DNA from: a virus
Lineage: Duplodnaviria; Caudoviricetes
IMG/VR virus record: IMGVR_UViG_3300042892_002367
Span: 1-27,220 of that record
Reading direction: 5' to 3' (one strand)
DNA: 27,220 nucleotides
In this document: piece after piece, positions 16,529-25,310 of the stretch
Numbering within the stretch: position 1 is the first letter of the stretch
How the letters are laid out: the number at the start of each line of letters is the position of its first letter
Made by a program: the position numbers and the translations under genes
The notes under the pieces: model-generated
The model's database searches: none
What the model was told of the DNA's origin: nothing
Seen by the model: only the letters and a program-made list of their open reading frames with translations

Positions 16529-18535
16529 ATGACATATAAACTAGCCTTTGTACAGCCCAACTTTCAACAAGGGCCAAAAGAATTCAATGCATATTACTTG
16601 CCATATTCAGCAGGTGTGGTATGGAGTTACAGCCTAGCAGATCCCTGGATACGTGACAATTTTGAAGTTACAGATTGGATATGGCGTAGAGACGCTGTGG
16701 AACCACTAGCACAACGCCTGGCCAAAAACGAAATTGTAACATTCAGCACGTATGTGTGGAATCATCGTTACAATTATGCTGTGGCCAAACGCATTAAGGA
16801 AATTAATCCAGGCGTGTTGACCATATTTGGTGGACCAGAAGTTGCTATAACTGATCCTGATTTGTTTCGCAAAGAATCTTTTATGGATCTTGTGATTTGT
16901 TATGAAGGCGAGATTACTTTCAAACGTGTGCTGGAACATTTTGAGACACAAGACTGGGAAACAGTACCTGGTTTGCTGATCAACAGAAATGGTGAAGCAG
17001 TAAAAACACAAGACGCTGAACGCATTGAAAGTCTGGAAGAAGTGCCCAGTCCTTACTTGTCAGGTATCTTTGACAAAATGATTGCGGAATATCCTGAAGT
17101 AACATGGCAAGGCACATTGGAAACCAATCGTGGTTGTCCGTTTGCTTGCACATTCTGTGACTGGGGCAGTCTAACCTACAACAAAGTCAAGAAGTTTGAA
17201 CTGGAACGTGTGTTTGATGAACTGGAATGGATGGCCAAGCACAACTTTGATTGGATCAGTATAACTGATGCCAACTTTGGCATGTTCCCCGAACGTGATG
17301 GTATGATTGCAGACAAAATCATTGAGATGCAAGAAAAGTATGGTTCACCAAGAACGTTCAGTGTGGCCTGGGCCAAGAATCAAAAGAAAGAAGTCATAGA
17401 CATTGTGAAGAAACTGCTGGACGCACGTGGTTTCAATCAAGGACTCACCCTCTCAGTACAAAGTCTAGACTTGGATGTGTTGGAAAACATTCGTCGCAAG
17501 AACATGGAAATGAACAAACTCAACGAAGTGTTTGAACTGTGCGACCAACGCAACATTCCTGCATACACAGAACTCATACTTGGCTTGCCTGGTGAGACAC
17601 TGGAAACATGGAAAAAGAACTTCTATGCATTGTATGACTTGAATCAGCACACTGGTATCACAGTGTTTCAAGCACAGTTGTTGGAAAATGCTGAAATGAA
17701 TTTGTTGCAGAAGAAATTGTTCAAGATCACTAGCCAACCTGTTACAGATTATTTTGCTGGCAGTTACAGTGTGGAGCACATTGAAGAAAGCATTGATGTT
17801 ATAACAGGCACCAAAGACATGCCCACTCCAGTGATGTTGGATGCACAGATCTTTTCCTGGTTCCAGACCACATTTCACATCAATGGCTTTGCTACCATTG
17901 TGGCAAGATTCATCAACAAGTATTTGGGCATCAGTTACAACGACTACTACGAAGATTTGTTTGCATACGCAATGACCAACGACTGGTTGATAAAAGAAGA
18001 AGCCGAAACTAGACAATATTTTGCCAACTGGATGATGACTGGCAAGATCAACCATCCCAAGATTGGTGTGGAAATACATGGCTGGAATATCATTCACAGA
18101 ACCAGCATGAACATGCACCAAGAAGACCGTGTGGATGAACTGTATGACGTGCTGGAAAAGTTTTTACAACGTTACAACTTACCTGAAGATTTAGTGGCCA
18201 GTTTGATGAAACTGCAAAGAAACTACTATATCAAGTACAACGATAGGAATCAGTATCCTATGAATCTTGACGTAGGGTACAACATTTGGGATTACCTCAG
18301 TTTCAATCAGCCCCTAGAAAAAACTGCCACAACTTATCGACTAGACTTCCCCGAAGACAAGACCATGAGTTTGAATCGTTTTTTGGAACTTTTTTACTTT
18401 GCCCGACGACGAAACTTTGGCAAAGCCACAGTGGATCGTATTGGCGTTGAAAATGCCAAAGGCACACGTCGAGGTGCAGGTGCTGCCAAAGCACAAGGCA
18501 GTTTCTCAGTGAAGAAAAAACAACTAGTGGCATAA
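16529..18535 (+). CDS. Cobalamin-binding radical SAM enzyme (class B methyltransferase-like)
   Basis: N-terminal B12-binding domain (VTFSTYVWN, IFGGPEV, YEGE), LETNRGCPFACTFC (CxxxCxxC), DANFG, SVQS, ILGLPGET; 668 aa. Confidence 0.9.
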   Translation: MTYKLAFVQPNFQQGPKEFNAYYLPYSAGVVWSYSLADPWIRDNFEVTDWIWRRDAVEPLAQRLAKNEIVTFSTYVWNHRYNYAVAKRIKEINPGVLTIFGGPEVAITDPDLFRKESFMDLVICYEGEITFKRVLEHFETQDWETVPGLLINRNGEAVKTQDAERIESLEEVPSPYLSGIFDKMIAEYPEVTWQGTLETNRGCPFACTFCDWGSLTYNKVKKFELERVFDELEWMAKHNFDWISITDANFGMFPERDGMIADKIIEMQEKYGSPRTFSVAWAKNQKKEVIDIVKKLLDARGFNQGLTLSVQSLDLDVLENIRRKNMEMNKLNEVFELCDQRNIPAYTELILGLPGETLETWKKNFYALYDLNQHTGITVFQAQLLENAEMNLLQKKLFKITSQPVTDYFAGSYSVEHIEESIDVITGTKDMPTPVMLDAQIFSWFQTTFHINGFATIVARFINKYLGISYNDYYEDLFAYAMTNDWLIKEEAETRQYFANWMMTGKINHPKIGVEIHGWNIIHRTSMNMHQEDRVDELYDVLEKFLQRYNLPEDLVASLMKLQRNYYIKYNDRNQYPMNLDVGYNIWDYLSFNQPLEKTATTYRLDFPEDKTMSLNRFLELFYFARRRNFGKATVDRIGVENAKGTRRGAGAAKAQGSFSVKKKQLVA

Positions 18536-19224
18536 TGTCAAGATTGTTTGCATTTGGGTGTAGTTTTACCAACTATCGTTGGAGCACCTGGGCCGATTGT
18601 CTTGCACCAGAGTTTGACTATTTTGAAAACTGGGGGCAATCAGGTGCCGGCAATCACTATATTTTTAACAGCATAATGGAAGCAGATCAGCGTCACCATT
18701 TTGGCGCCGATGATACTGTGGTAGTGTGCTGGACCAATGTCATGCGAGAAGATCGTTACACTGATCGTTGGCAGACTCTGGGCAACATAACTACCTGTCC
18801 AATATATGATCCAGGGTATGTTCGAGATGCTATCACTGAAAGAGGATGTTTGATACGCGACATTGCCTTGATCAAGGCCACTAGTAGTTTTTTGAATAAC
18901 TGTGCTGGTGTTACTGCAAAGTTTTTGGCCATGTGCGACATAATGAATCCCCGACAGTTTGACTATTCGCCAGGCGATCAAGATATTTTTGATTTATATC
19001 AACCCGTTCTAAATAACATCATGCCCAGTTATCAAACAGTGTTGTATCCCTCAGGATGGAAACACAGTGATGATCCGCACCCTACACCTGCTGAGCATTT
19101 GACCTATTTGGATGCAGTATTGCCAGGTTGGGTGACAAATCAAGATACTCGTGTTAAAATGCATGAAGAAAGTATCAATCTAAATAAACATCGTACAGGA
19201 ATGTCAAAGGTAACAAGATTATGA
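18535..19224 (+). CDS. SGNH/GDSL-like hydrolase or acyltransferase
   Basis: FAFGCSFT, NWGQSGAGN, DDPHPT; TAATG overlap with the radical SAM gene. Confidence 0.65.
   Translation: MSRLFAFGCSFTNYRWSTWADCLAPEFDYFENWGQSGAGNHYIFNSIMEADQRHHFGADDTVVVCWTNVMREDRYTDRWQTLGNITTCPIYDPGYVRDAITERGCLIRDIALIKATSSFLNNCAGVTAKFLAMCDIMNPRQFDYSPGDQDIFDLYQPVLNNIMPSYQTVLYPSGWKHSDDPHPTPAEHLTYLDAVLPGWVTNQDTRVKMHEESINLNKHRTGMSKVTRL
19132..19186 (+). promoter_or_regulatory. sigma70-like promoter plus TAAATA box upstream of queE
   Basis: GTGACA (19132-19137) - 17 nt - TAAAAT (19155-19160) with TG extension; TAAATA at 19181-19186. Confidence 0.45.
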
Positions 19225-20066
19225 AATTAAAAGTATCAGAATTATTTTATTCAGCACAAGGTGAAGGACGCTATGTTGGCGTGCCCAGTGTATTTTTGCG
19301 CATGTTTGGTTGTAACTTTACTTGCTCAGGGTTTGGTTGCAAGCCAGGCGAAAAAAGTACAGAAGCAGACGAAGTTGCAAAAACTGTTGGTCTGTACAAA
19401 ACATTTGAAGAACTGCCACTGGTAAACACCGGCTGCGACAGTTATGCGTCATGGCATCCAGACTTCAAACACTTGAGCCCCACATACACAGTGGAAGAAC
19501 TTGTGGACAAAATGACTGCACTGTTGCCCAATGGTAGCTGGCTGCAACCCAATGGCAATCCCGTGCATTTGGTGATCACAGGTGGCGAACCGCTGTTGGG
19601 TTGGCAACGTGCTTATCCTGAACTGCTGGATGTGTTGGCAGAACGTGGCCTGCGACACATCACATTTGAAACCAACGGCACCCAAGACTTGACTCGAGAG
19701 TTTAGAGATTATTTGCGTGACTGGTTTGGTGAGATCACATTCAGTGTCAGTCCCAAACTAAGCGTGAGTGGCGAAAAATGGGCAGATGCCATCAAGCCCG
19801 ACGTAGTCTGGGACTATGAAACACATGGTGTTACATATCTCAAGTTTGTGGTGGAAAAGGTCGAGGACTTTGATGAGCTGGATCGTGCAGTGGCAGAATA
19901 TCGCTTGCGTGAGTTTGGTGGTCCTGTGTTTGTGATGCCTGTGGGCGGTGTGGTGTCAGTGTATGACGGCAACAGGATCAATGTTGCTGACGAAGCACTG
20001 AAACGTGGCTACTGGTACAGTCCACGATTACACGTTGACCTCTGGGGCAACGGGTGGGGTAAATGA
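19221..20066 (+). CDS. queE: 7-carboxy-7-deazaguanine synthase (radical SAM)
   Basis: ELFYSAQGEG, PSVFLRMFGCNFTC...GCDS, VITGGEP, FETNG, VSPK, LKFVV, RLH. Confidence 0.92.
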   Translation: MKLKVSELFYSAQGEGRYVGVPSVFLRMFGCNFTCSGFGCKPGEKSTEADEVAKTVGLYKTFEELPLVNTGCDSYASWHPDFKHLSPTYTVEELVDKMTALLPNGSWLQPNGNPVHLVITGGEPLLGWQRAYPELLDVLAERGLRHITFETNGTQDLTREFRDYLRDWFGEITFSVSPKLSVSGEKWADAIKPDVVWDYETHGVTYLKFVVEKVEDFDELDRAVAEYRLREFGGPVFVMPVGGVVSVYDGNRINVADEALKRGYWYSPRLHVDLWGNGWGK

Positions 20067-20485
20067 TACTAGATGGAGCATTTGAAATGTGGGATTGGTT
20101 AACAAAAAAGAAAACGCCTCCTGTTAAAGAGGAAAAAGAAAAAGTTATCCGTGTGCCCAAGGCACCAGAAAAAACAGCCAAGCAGATTGCCACAGAAAAC
20201 AACGAACCTTATGTGGCTATTGTGACCATGGATATTGATCCCAACAACTTGCATCAAGGTGCATTTGAATTGGACTGGAATGAAATATTCATTGCCCGCT
20301 TGGTCAAAGCTGGCTACATGATGAAACCCACAGATGCAGACTCAGACATTGTGGACCGCTGGTTCCAAAATGTGTGCAGACACGTTGTGATGGAAACATG
20401 GGAACAAGAACAAGCCATTCGTAACTCTGGAGCACAGTATGTTCGCACTAGAGATATTGGCGACGGACGCACTGAGATTAGTTAA
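20063..20485 (+). CDS. Hypothetical protein
   Basis: 140 aa ORF; alternative start 20087 after GGAG. Confidence 0.75.
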   Translation: MILDGAFEMWDWLTKKKTPPVKEEKEKVIRVPKAPEKTAKQIATENNEPYVAIVTMDIDPNNLHQGAFELDWNEIFIARLVKAGYMMKPTDADSDIVDRWFQNVCRHVVMETWEQEQAIRNSGAQYVRTRDIGDGRTEIS

Positions 20486-20495
20486 GGATATTGAT

Positions 20496-20987
20496 ATGAT
20501 GGATGGAAGACGTGTGGGCTTTACTGCCTCAACATTTGATTTATTACACGCTGGTCACATTGCCATGTTACGAGAAGCCAAGGAAGAATGCGATTACTTG
20601 ATCTGTGCGTTGCAAAACGATCCCACTTTAGATCGTCCCAACAAGAATCGTCCAGTGCAAAGCATTGTGGAACGACAACTGCAACTCATAGGGTGCAAGT
20701 ATGTGGATGAAGTTTGGGTGTACAACACAGAAAAAGATCTAGAAGACCTGTTGTTGATCCTGCCCATTGATGTTCGCATACTTGGTGTAGAGTACGAAGG
20801 TCGAGAATTTACTGGTCGTGAGATTTGTCACAAGCGTGATATTGAACTACACTTCAATGGACGTGATCATTCATTCAGCAGCAGTGAACTACGCCAGCGT
20901 GTGGCCACGGCTGAAGACTTGAAAAAGAAATTAGAAGAATGGGAACCAGTGGGTGCAGACGACACCGGTGGGCCCAGTCCACGATGA
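20496..20987 (+). CDS. Cytidylyltransferase (TagD-like, HxGH family)
   Basis: STFDLLHAGH, ER.....CKYVDEV, SFSSSELR; start chosen after AAGGA. Confidence 0.88.
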   Translation: MMDGRRVGFTASTFDLLHAGHIAMLREAKEECDYLICALQNDPTLDRPNKNRPVQSIVERQLQLIGCKYVDEVWVYNTEKDLEDLLLILPIDVRILGVEYEGREFTGREICHKRDIELHFNGRDHSFSSSELRQRVATAEDLKKKLEEWEPVGADDTGGPSPR

Positions 20988-21706
20988 TACTGTACGCTAA
21001 TGGTTGCAGTCATACTGCGGCTGCTGAAGCAGTTGTGCCAGATGGATTTGCCAAAGACAATGGTCGTGAAGGAATAGATCGACGTCCGCATCCGTTAAAT
21101 CTAGCAGCCAGTTGGTGTACCCGACTTGCTGAGCACTTGGGTGCTGAATTAGTTTGTGACGCAGAATCTGCTTCTAGTAATGATCGGATACTTAGGACTA
21201 CACAGAAATGGCTTGATACTGCTACCGATCTTGCTGGTACGTTAGTTGTAATACAATGGACAACTTGGGAACGAGAAGAATGGTTGCACAATGGCACACA
21301 TTACCAAGTCAACGCCAGCGGAGTTGACTGGGTGCCAAAAGATTTACGATTACGCTACAAAGAATATGTGGCCAATCACGACTACTGGGCAAAGACTCGA
21401 GAATGGTACAAAAAAATCTGGGACTTGCATGTTGAGCTTGCGGACAAAAAAGTAACACATTTGTTTTACAATGGTTGGAGCACATTCAGCGACATTCCGG
21501 ATAAAAAAGATTTTGGTAAAAATTATCTTGGCCCGTACGATCGTAGTTTGAGTTACAATTCTGTACTTGTAAACAACGGATTTGAGTGGGTCACTCCAAA
21601 TTCTTACCATTTTGATGCCAAAGGCCATTGCTTTTGGGCCAAGTATCTGTTACAATACATTAAACAACACAACTTGGTAACCACTGATGCGATATCTACT
21701 AATTGA
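20984..21706 (+). CDS. SGNH/GDSL-like protein
   Basis: LYANGCSHT, AESASSNDRILR, VIQWT...REE, SYHF...H; ATGA overlap at 20984. Confidence 0.6.
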   Translation: MILYANGCSHTAAAEAVVPDGFAKDNGREGIDRRPHPLNLAASWCTRLAEHLGAELVCDAESASSNDRILRTTQKWLDTATDLAGTLVVIQWTTWEREEWLHNGTHYQVNASGVDWVPKDLRLRYKEYVANHDYWAKTREWYKKIWDLHVELADKKVTHLFYNGWSTFSDIPDKKDFGKNYLGPYDRSLSYNSVLVNNGFEWVTPNSYHFDAKGHCFWAKYLLQYIKQHNLVTTDAISTN

Positions 21707-22745
21707 CACTAGCAACATGTTTTTCCGTGCCCGACACCAAGCACATCGTGCCGCGGACACATGGACCAAATTAGGATTTGCCCTGCATCTCACCTTGATG
21801 AGTGCAAACAAAGTAGCACGTGATCTGGGTGCTGATCATGTGGTATTCGCACTAGAAGGTCGTAGCTGGCGTAAAGATCATTACAAGCCCTACAAAGCCA
21901 ATCGGGCTGTGGCACGTGGGCAAATGAGCGAAACTGAAGCAGAAGAGGACAAACTGTTCTGGGAAACCTATGATGAGCTGACTAAATACTTGTCTACAAA
22001 AACCAACTGTAGTGTTGTTCGTTGTGCCACAGCAGAAGCAGATGATATCATTGCACGTTGGATTGCTTTACACCCCCAAGACGAACACGTTATTGTCAGT
22101 TCAGATTCCGACTTTGTGCAGTTGATTGCACCCAATGTAAAATTGTACAATGGCATCAACGATCACTTGTTTAGTGTTGCTGGTGTTACAGACGCAAAAG
22201 GCAAAAACTTGGCATTCACTATTGAAAGCAACTCAAAGATCAAGGTTGGCAAAGCCGATGCTAACTTTGTGCCACCTGTGGATTATCAGAAGTGGGTGTT
22301 GTTTTTGAAGTGCATGCGTGGTGATCCTGGTGACAATGTGTTTTCGGCTTACCCTGGTGTGCGTGTGAAAGGCACCAAGAATCAAGTGGGTCTTACGGAA
22401 GCATTTGAAGATCGTGATCGTCGAGGCTATGCCTGGAACAATCTCATGTTGCAACGTTGGTCTGATCATGAACAGGCCGAGCACAAGGTGTTGGAAGATT
22501 ATGAACGCAATCGTACCCTGATTGATCTTACTGCACAGCCCAATAGCATCAAAGCAACAGTAGATGAAGCCATACGTGAGCAGATTAGCCACAAAGATGT
22601 GGGCATGGTAGGTGCGCACTTTTTACGATTCTGTGGCAAATACGAACTCACCAAACTCAGCGACTATTCAGATGCAATTGGTCGCTGGTTGAATCAAACA
22701 TACAAAGGAGTATTAGATGATCGAAGCCAAACCCATAGTGGATAA
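21687..22745 (+). CDS. rnh: 5'-3' exonuclease / T4 RNase H-like FEN family nuclease
   Basis: LLIDTSNMFFR, WRK..Y..YKANR, EADDII, IVSSDSDFVQL, GDPGDNV, N..LIDL. Confidence 0.92.
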   Translation: MRYLLIDTSNMFFRARHQAHRAADTWTKLGFALHLTLMSANKVARDLGADHVVFALEGRSWRKDHYKPYKANRAVARGQMSETEAEEDKLFWETYDELTKYLSTKTNCSVVRCATAEADDIIARWIALHPQDEHVIVSSDSDFVQLIAPNVKLYNGINDHLFSVAGVTDAKGKNLAFTIESNSKIKVGKADANFVPPVDYQKWVLFLKCMRGDPGDNVFSAYPGVRVKGTKNQVGLTEAFEDRDRRGYAWNNLMLQRWSDHEQAEHKVLEDYERNRTLIDLTAQPNSIKATVDEAIREQISHKDVGMVGAHFLRFCGKYELTKLSDYSDAIGRWLNQTYKGVLDDRSQTHSG

Positions 22746-23166
22746 AAAGTATTGGATATTGAAACAAGATGATCGCAAGGTAGGTGTGGTAGAAGCCGCA
22801 GACGATGGCTACACTGTGCGTATCAATGATCAAGTTGGCAAATTCAAAACCATTCCCATGGTGCGTAAGAAAGTGGACATTGAATTTGTACCGCCAGAAA
22901 AGACCACCAAACCTGCACCAGATCAAGTGCATGGATTCGAAACAGGATGCAGAGCATTCAATCCCATGTGGGACGTCAAACATCGATTACCATTGTTCAC
23001 TAAAGAAAACAAAAGCAAATCATGGTACGCCGCAGGTTGGTATGCTGTGAAACAACATCGTAGTTGGAAACTGCTTCGCAACCCAAAATTAATTGTGTTG
23101 GAACGTTATCAATATCAAGGACCATTTCATACTCAGGAGGCAGCACGTGACAAATCCCTTTCGTGA
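22717..23166 (+). CDS. Hypothetical protein
   Basis: AAGGAG SD; 149 aa. Confidence 0.75.
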   Translation: MIEAKPIVDKKYWILKQDDRKVGVVEAADDGYTVRINDQVGKFKTIPMVRKKVDIEFVPPEKTTKPAPDQVHGFETGCRAFNPMWDVKHRLPLFTKENKSKSWYAAGWYAVKQHRSWKLLRNPKLIVLERYQYQGPFHTQEAARDKSLS

Positions 23167-23509
23167 TCAAGAGAAGTTTATGCGGGCTTGCGACCAGTCG
23201 GTGGACGCAATGAATGAATCTCAGTACACTATGTACAAGAGTTTGATTGAAGAAGAATTTCGTGAGTTGCAAGAAGCACACGACATGGAAGCAGAACTGG
23301 ATGCATTGATTGATATCCTTGTGGTCACAATCGGTGCAATACACTCGGCAGGATTTGATGGCGAAGGTGCCTGGCGAGAAGTCATGAGCACCAACTTTGC
23401 TAAGATTGATAGAGAAACTGGCAAGGTCCGCAAGCGTGAGGATGGCAAAGTACTCAAGCCCACAGGTTGGCATCCGCCTGTACTGTATCCTTATCTACTT
23501 AAAAAATGA
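23147..23509 (+). CDS. MazG-like all-alpha NTP pyrophosphohydrolase
   Basis: LIEEEFREL, DALIDILVV, VMSTNFAK, REDGKVLKP; GTG start at 23147 after AGGAGG. Confidence 0.85.
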   Translation: MTNPFRDQEKFMRACDQSVDAMNESQYTMYKSLIEEEFRELQEAHDMEAELDALIDILVVTIGAIHSAGFDGEGAWREVMSTNFAKIDRETGKVRKREDGKVLKPTGWHPPVLYPYLLKK

Positions 23510-23718
23510 GTCTGCACATACATCGTTTTGTGGACTCAATCAAGGCACACGAAGCACGTGGCCAAAAGGACTTCATGATGAGCATGCGTGATGCCAAAGA
23601 CCTACACGCTGACATTACTAAACTGTTGATTACATTGGAACAAATGCGAACACAGCAAACACGTGGCGCAGAAGTTGTAGAAGTGCAGATCACTGGAGGT
23701 AGTTTTAAATCTGCATAG
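23506..23718 (+). CDS. Hypothetical protein
   Basis: 70 aa ORF with ATGA overlap. Confidence 0.7.
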   Translation: MSLHIHRFVDSIKAHEARGQKDFMMSMRDAKDLHADITKLLITLEQMRTQQTRGAEVVEVQITGGSFKSA

Positions 23719-23748
23719 TTATTGGCATAAATAAACGCGGAGTTTAAT

Positions 23749-24045
23749 ATGTCAAGACCAAAGCCAACAGTGCTGATTGAGCACACCAACAAACAAACCT
23801 ACAAGACAGAACAAGTACTGGCCTCAGAAGGTGTGTGGGCTGTGTTCTTTGACTCCAAGCCCATTAACTTAAAGACCAGCAACTTGCTCACACAGTTTCC
23901 TGGTCCCAAGTACAAAAAGGTATCGTTCTCCAACCCCGGACACGCTATCAATCTTGCCCGAAAACTCAACACACAATTCCGAACAGACAAGTTCTCAGTT
24001 GTGCTGTTAACGCAAGGGGATAAGATCTATCCCAATGTTCAATAA
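23749..24045 (+). CDS. Hypothetical basic protein
   Basis: GGAG SD, CATAAATA box upstream (23726-23733); 98 aa. Confidence 0.75.
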   Translation: MSRPKPTVLIEHTNKQTYKTEQVLASEGVWAVFFDSKPINLKTSNLLTQFPGPKYKKVSFSNPGHAINLARKLNTQFRTDKFSVVLLTQGDKIYPNVQ

Positions 24046-24394
24046 ACTTGCTCTCACGCAGGAACTGATAACACGCTATCCTGATGCACCGCCTCTTGAT
24101 GAAGCCATGTCTACTTGGTGGCAGAACATCAGAGATGATGGCGGGTTGAGACTTACCTACGAAGGTTTCTATGTGTTTGAAAACCTGCTGGAACTTAGCA
24201 GTTACACATTTGACCTGCCAGAGAAATTGCTCACACCCAAAAACTTGATTGCACTAGATCGTCGTATGACCTGTCCATACTACATGGTCAACAACCGCAA
24301 ACTCAACAAACTTGTGATGTTTGGCAGCAAAGAAGCCATGATGGCAGTGTTGCATGGGGACATGCAAAGATTCATCACAAGTTTAAGTTACTGA
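24035..24394 (+). CDS. Hypothetical protein
   Basis: 119 aa ORF overlapping the previous gene; converges with the minus-strand gene. Confidence 0.7.
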   Translation: MFNKLALTQELITRYPDAPPLDEAMSTWWQNIRDDGGLRLTYEGFYVFENLLELSSYTFDLPEKLLTPKNLIALDRRMTCPYYMVNNRKLNKLVMFGSKEAMMAVLHGDMQRFITSLSY

Positions 24395-25310
24395 TATCAC
24401 GCTGGAATCGCAGTTCCATTATGGTGGCAAAATCATCTAACAAGAATTCACGTTGAGCACGTAGTCGTTCTTGATACGGTGCTAGATCAATTTTGCCCAG
24501 TATAAGATCTTGATTCAACCACACAGCCTGTTCTGCACGAACTTCATTGGGCATGTTGTCATAACTGACATCTACCAAGTCTGAGAACATGTCAAAGCCT
24601 AGTTCTCGACAGTGTTGCACAATGCCCTGATGCCCGACCAAGATAGGTATTTGTTCGGCGGCCATGGCCAACAAAGTTTTCTCTGATATGATTCCTGGTG
24701 CAGTGGCATACTCGGTTTCTGTCACAATGTTCACAGCTGAGGTGCTGTACACATACGCCAAGTTTATAAAGTTATCAACATTGTTGTAGGTATATTGAGT
24801 GTAGTCATGCTGTGGCAAGCGTATGCGATTGTGATAACTCAACACACCATCTGACCAACCTTGCAAGGTTTGCACCACTCTGTTTCTGTGATCGCACATG
24901 CGTCCATTCAAACACTGCCAGGCTTGAGTTTTAGGTTGATTGATAATGTGCTGCCATTCCGGCCAACGTTGATACAACTGGTTGGCAAGATCGTAGTTGT
25001 GATTGCTGAACTCAACTAGTCGAATAGGGCCTGTGTATATTCGATCCAATCCGTGATTCCAATATGTCACAACCACACGGTCAGCACGTGATCCATAACG
25101 CTGTTCTATTTGTTCAAGTTCCAGCACACGACCGTGCTGTATGTTTACCAAGTCCTGAAAATGCAACAACAAGACGTCTGTGTCAAAGTCAGGCAATCGC
25201 AGACTCCACCCTGTGTGAGGCGAGCGGGCACTTTCAAAACAATGATAAACAGGGGTAAATGATACCCCTTTATTGGTCAACTGTTGGGCAAACAAAGCAC
25301 TGTAATCCAT
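24375..25310 (-). CDS. Putative glycosyltransferase-like protein (paralog of 11944-12978)
   Basis: WQCLNGR...HR, VNIVTET, IISEKTLLA, PILVG, LGFDMF..LVD.SYD; the only credible minus-strand gene. Start ATG 25310 chosen because the longer ORF overlaps the divergent promoter. Confidence 0.7.
   Translation of the reverse strand: MDYSALFAQQLTNKGVSFTPVYHCFESARSPHTGWSLRLPDFDTDVLLLHFQDLVNIQHGRVLELEQIEQRYGSRADRVVVTYWNHGLDRIYTGPIRLVEFSNHNYDLANQLYQRWPEWQHIINQPKTQAWQCLNGRMCDHRNRVVQTLQGWSDGVLSYHNRIRLPQHDYTQYTYNNVDNFINLAYVYSTSAVNIVTETEYATAPGIISEKTLLAMAAEQIPILVGHQGIVQHCRELGFDMFSDLVDVSYDNMPNEVRAEQAVWLNQDLILGKIDLAPYQERLRAQREFLLDDFATIMELRFQRDISNLNL

Noticed and set aside
17465-18121. 218-aa minus-strand ORF
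   Set aside because: Entirely antisense to the radical SAM gene with no motifs; a codon-bias shadow ORF.
19221-20066. NrdG / PFL activase
   Set aside because: QGEG, TGGEP, ETNG and SPK motifs plus the folE/queD neighbourhood fit QueE; no nrdD in the window.
23000-23473. 157-aa minus-strand ORF and the other short antisense or alternate-frame ORFs in the track
   Set aside because: They overlap well-supported + strand genes and have no SD or recognisable motifs.
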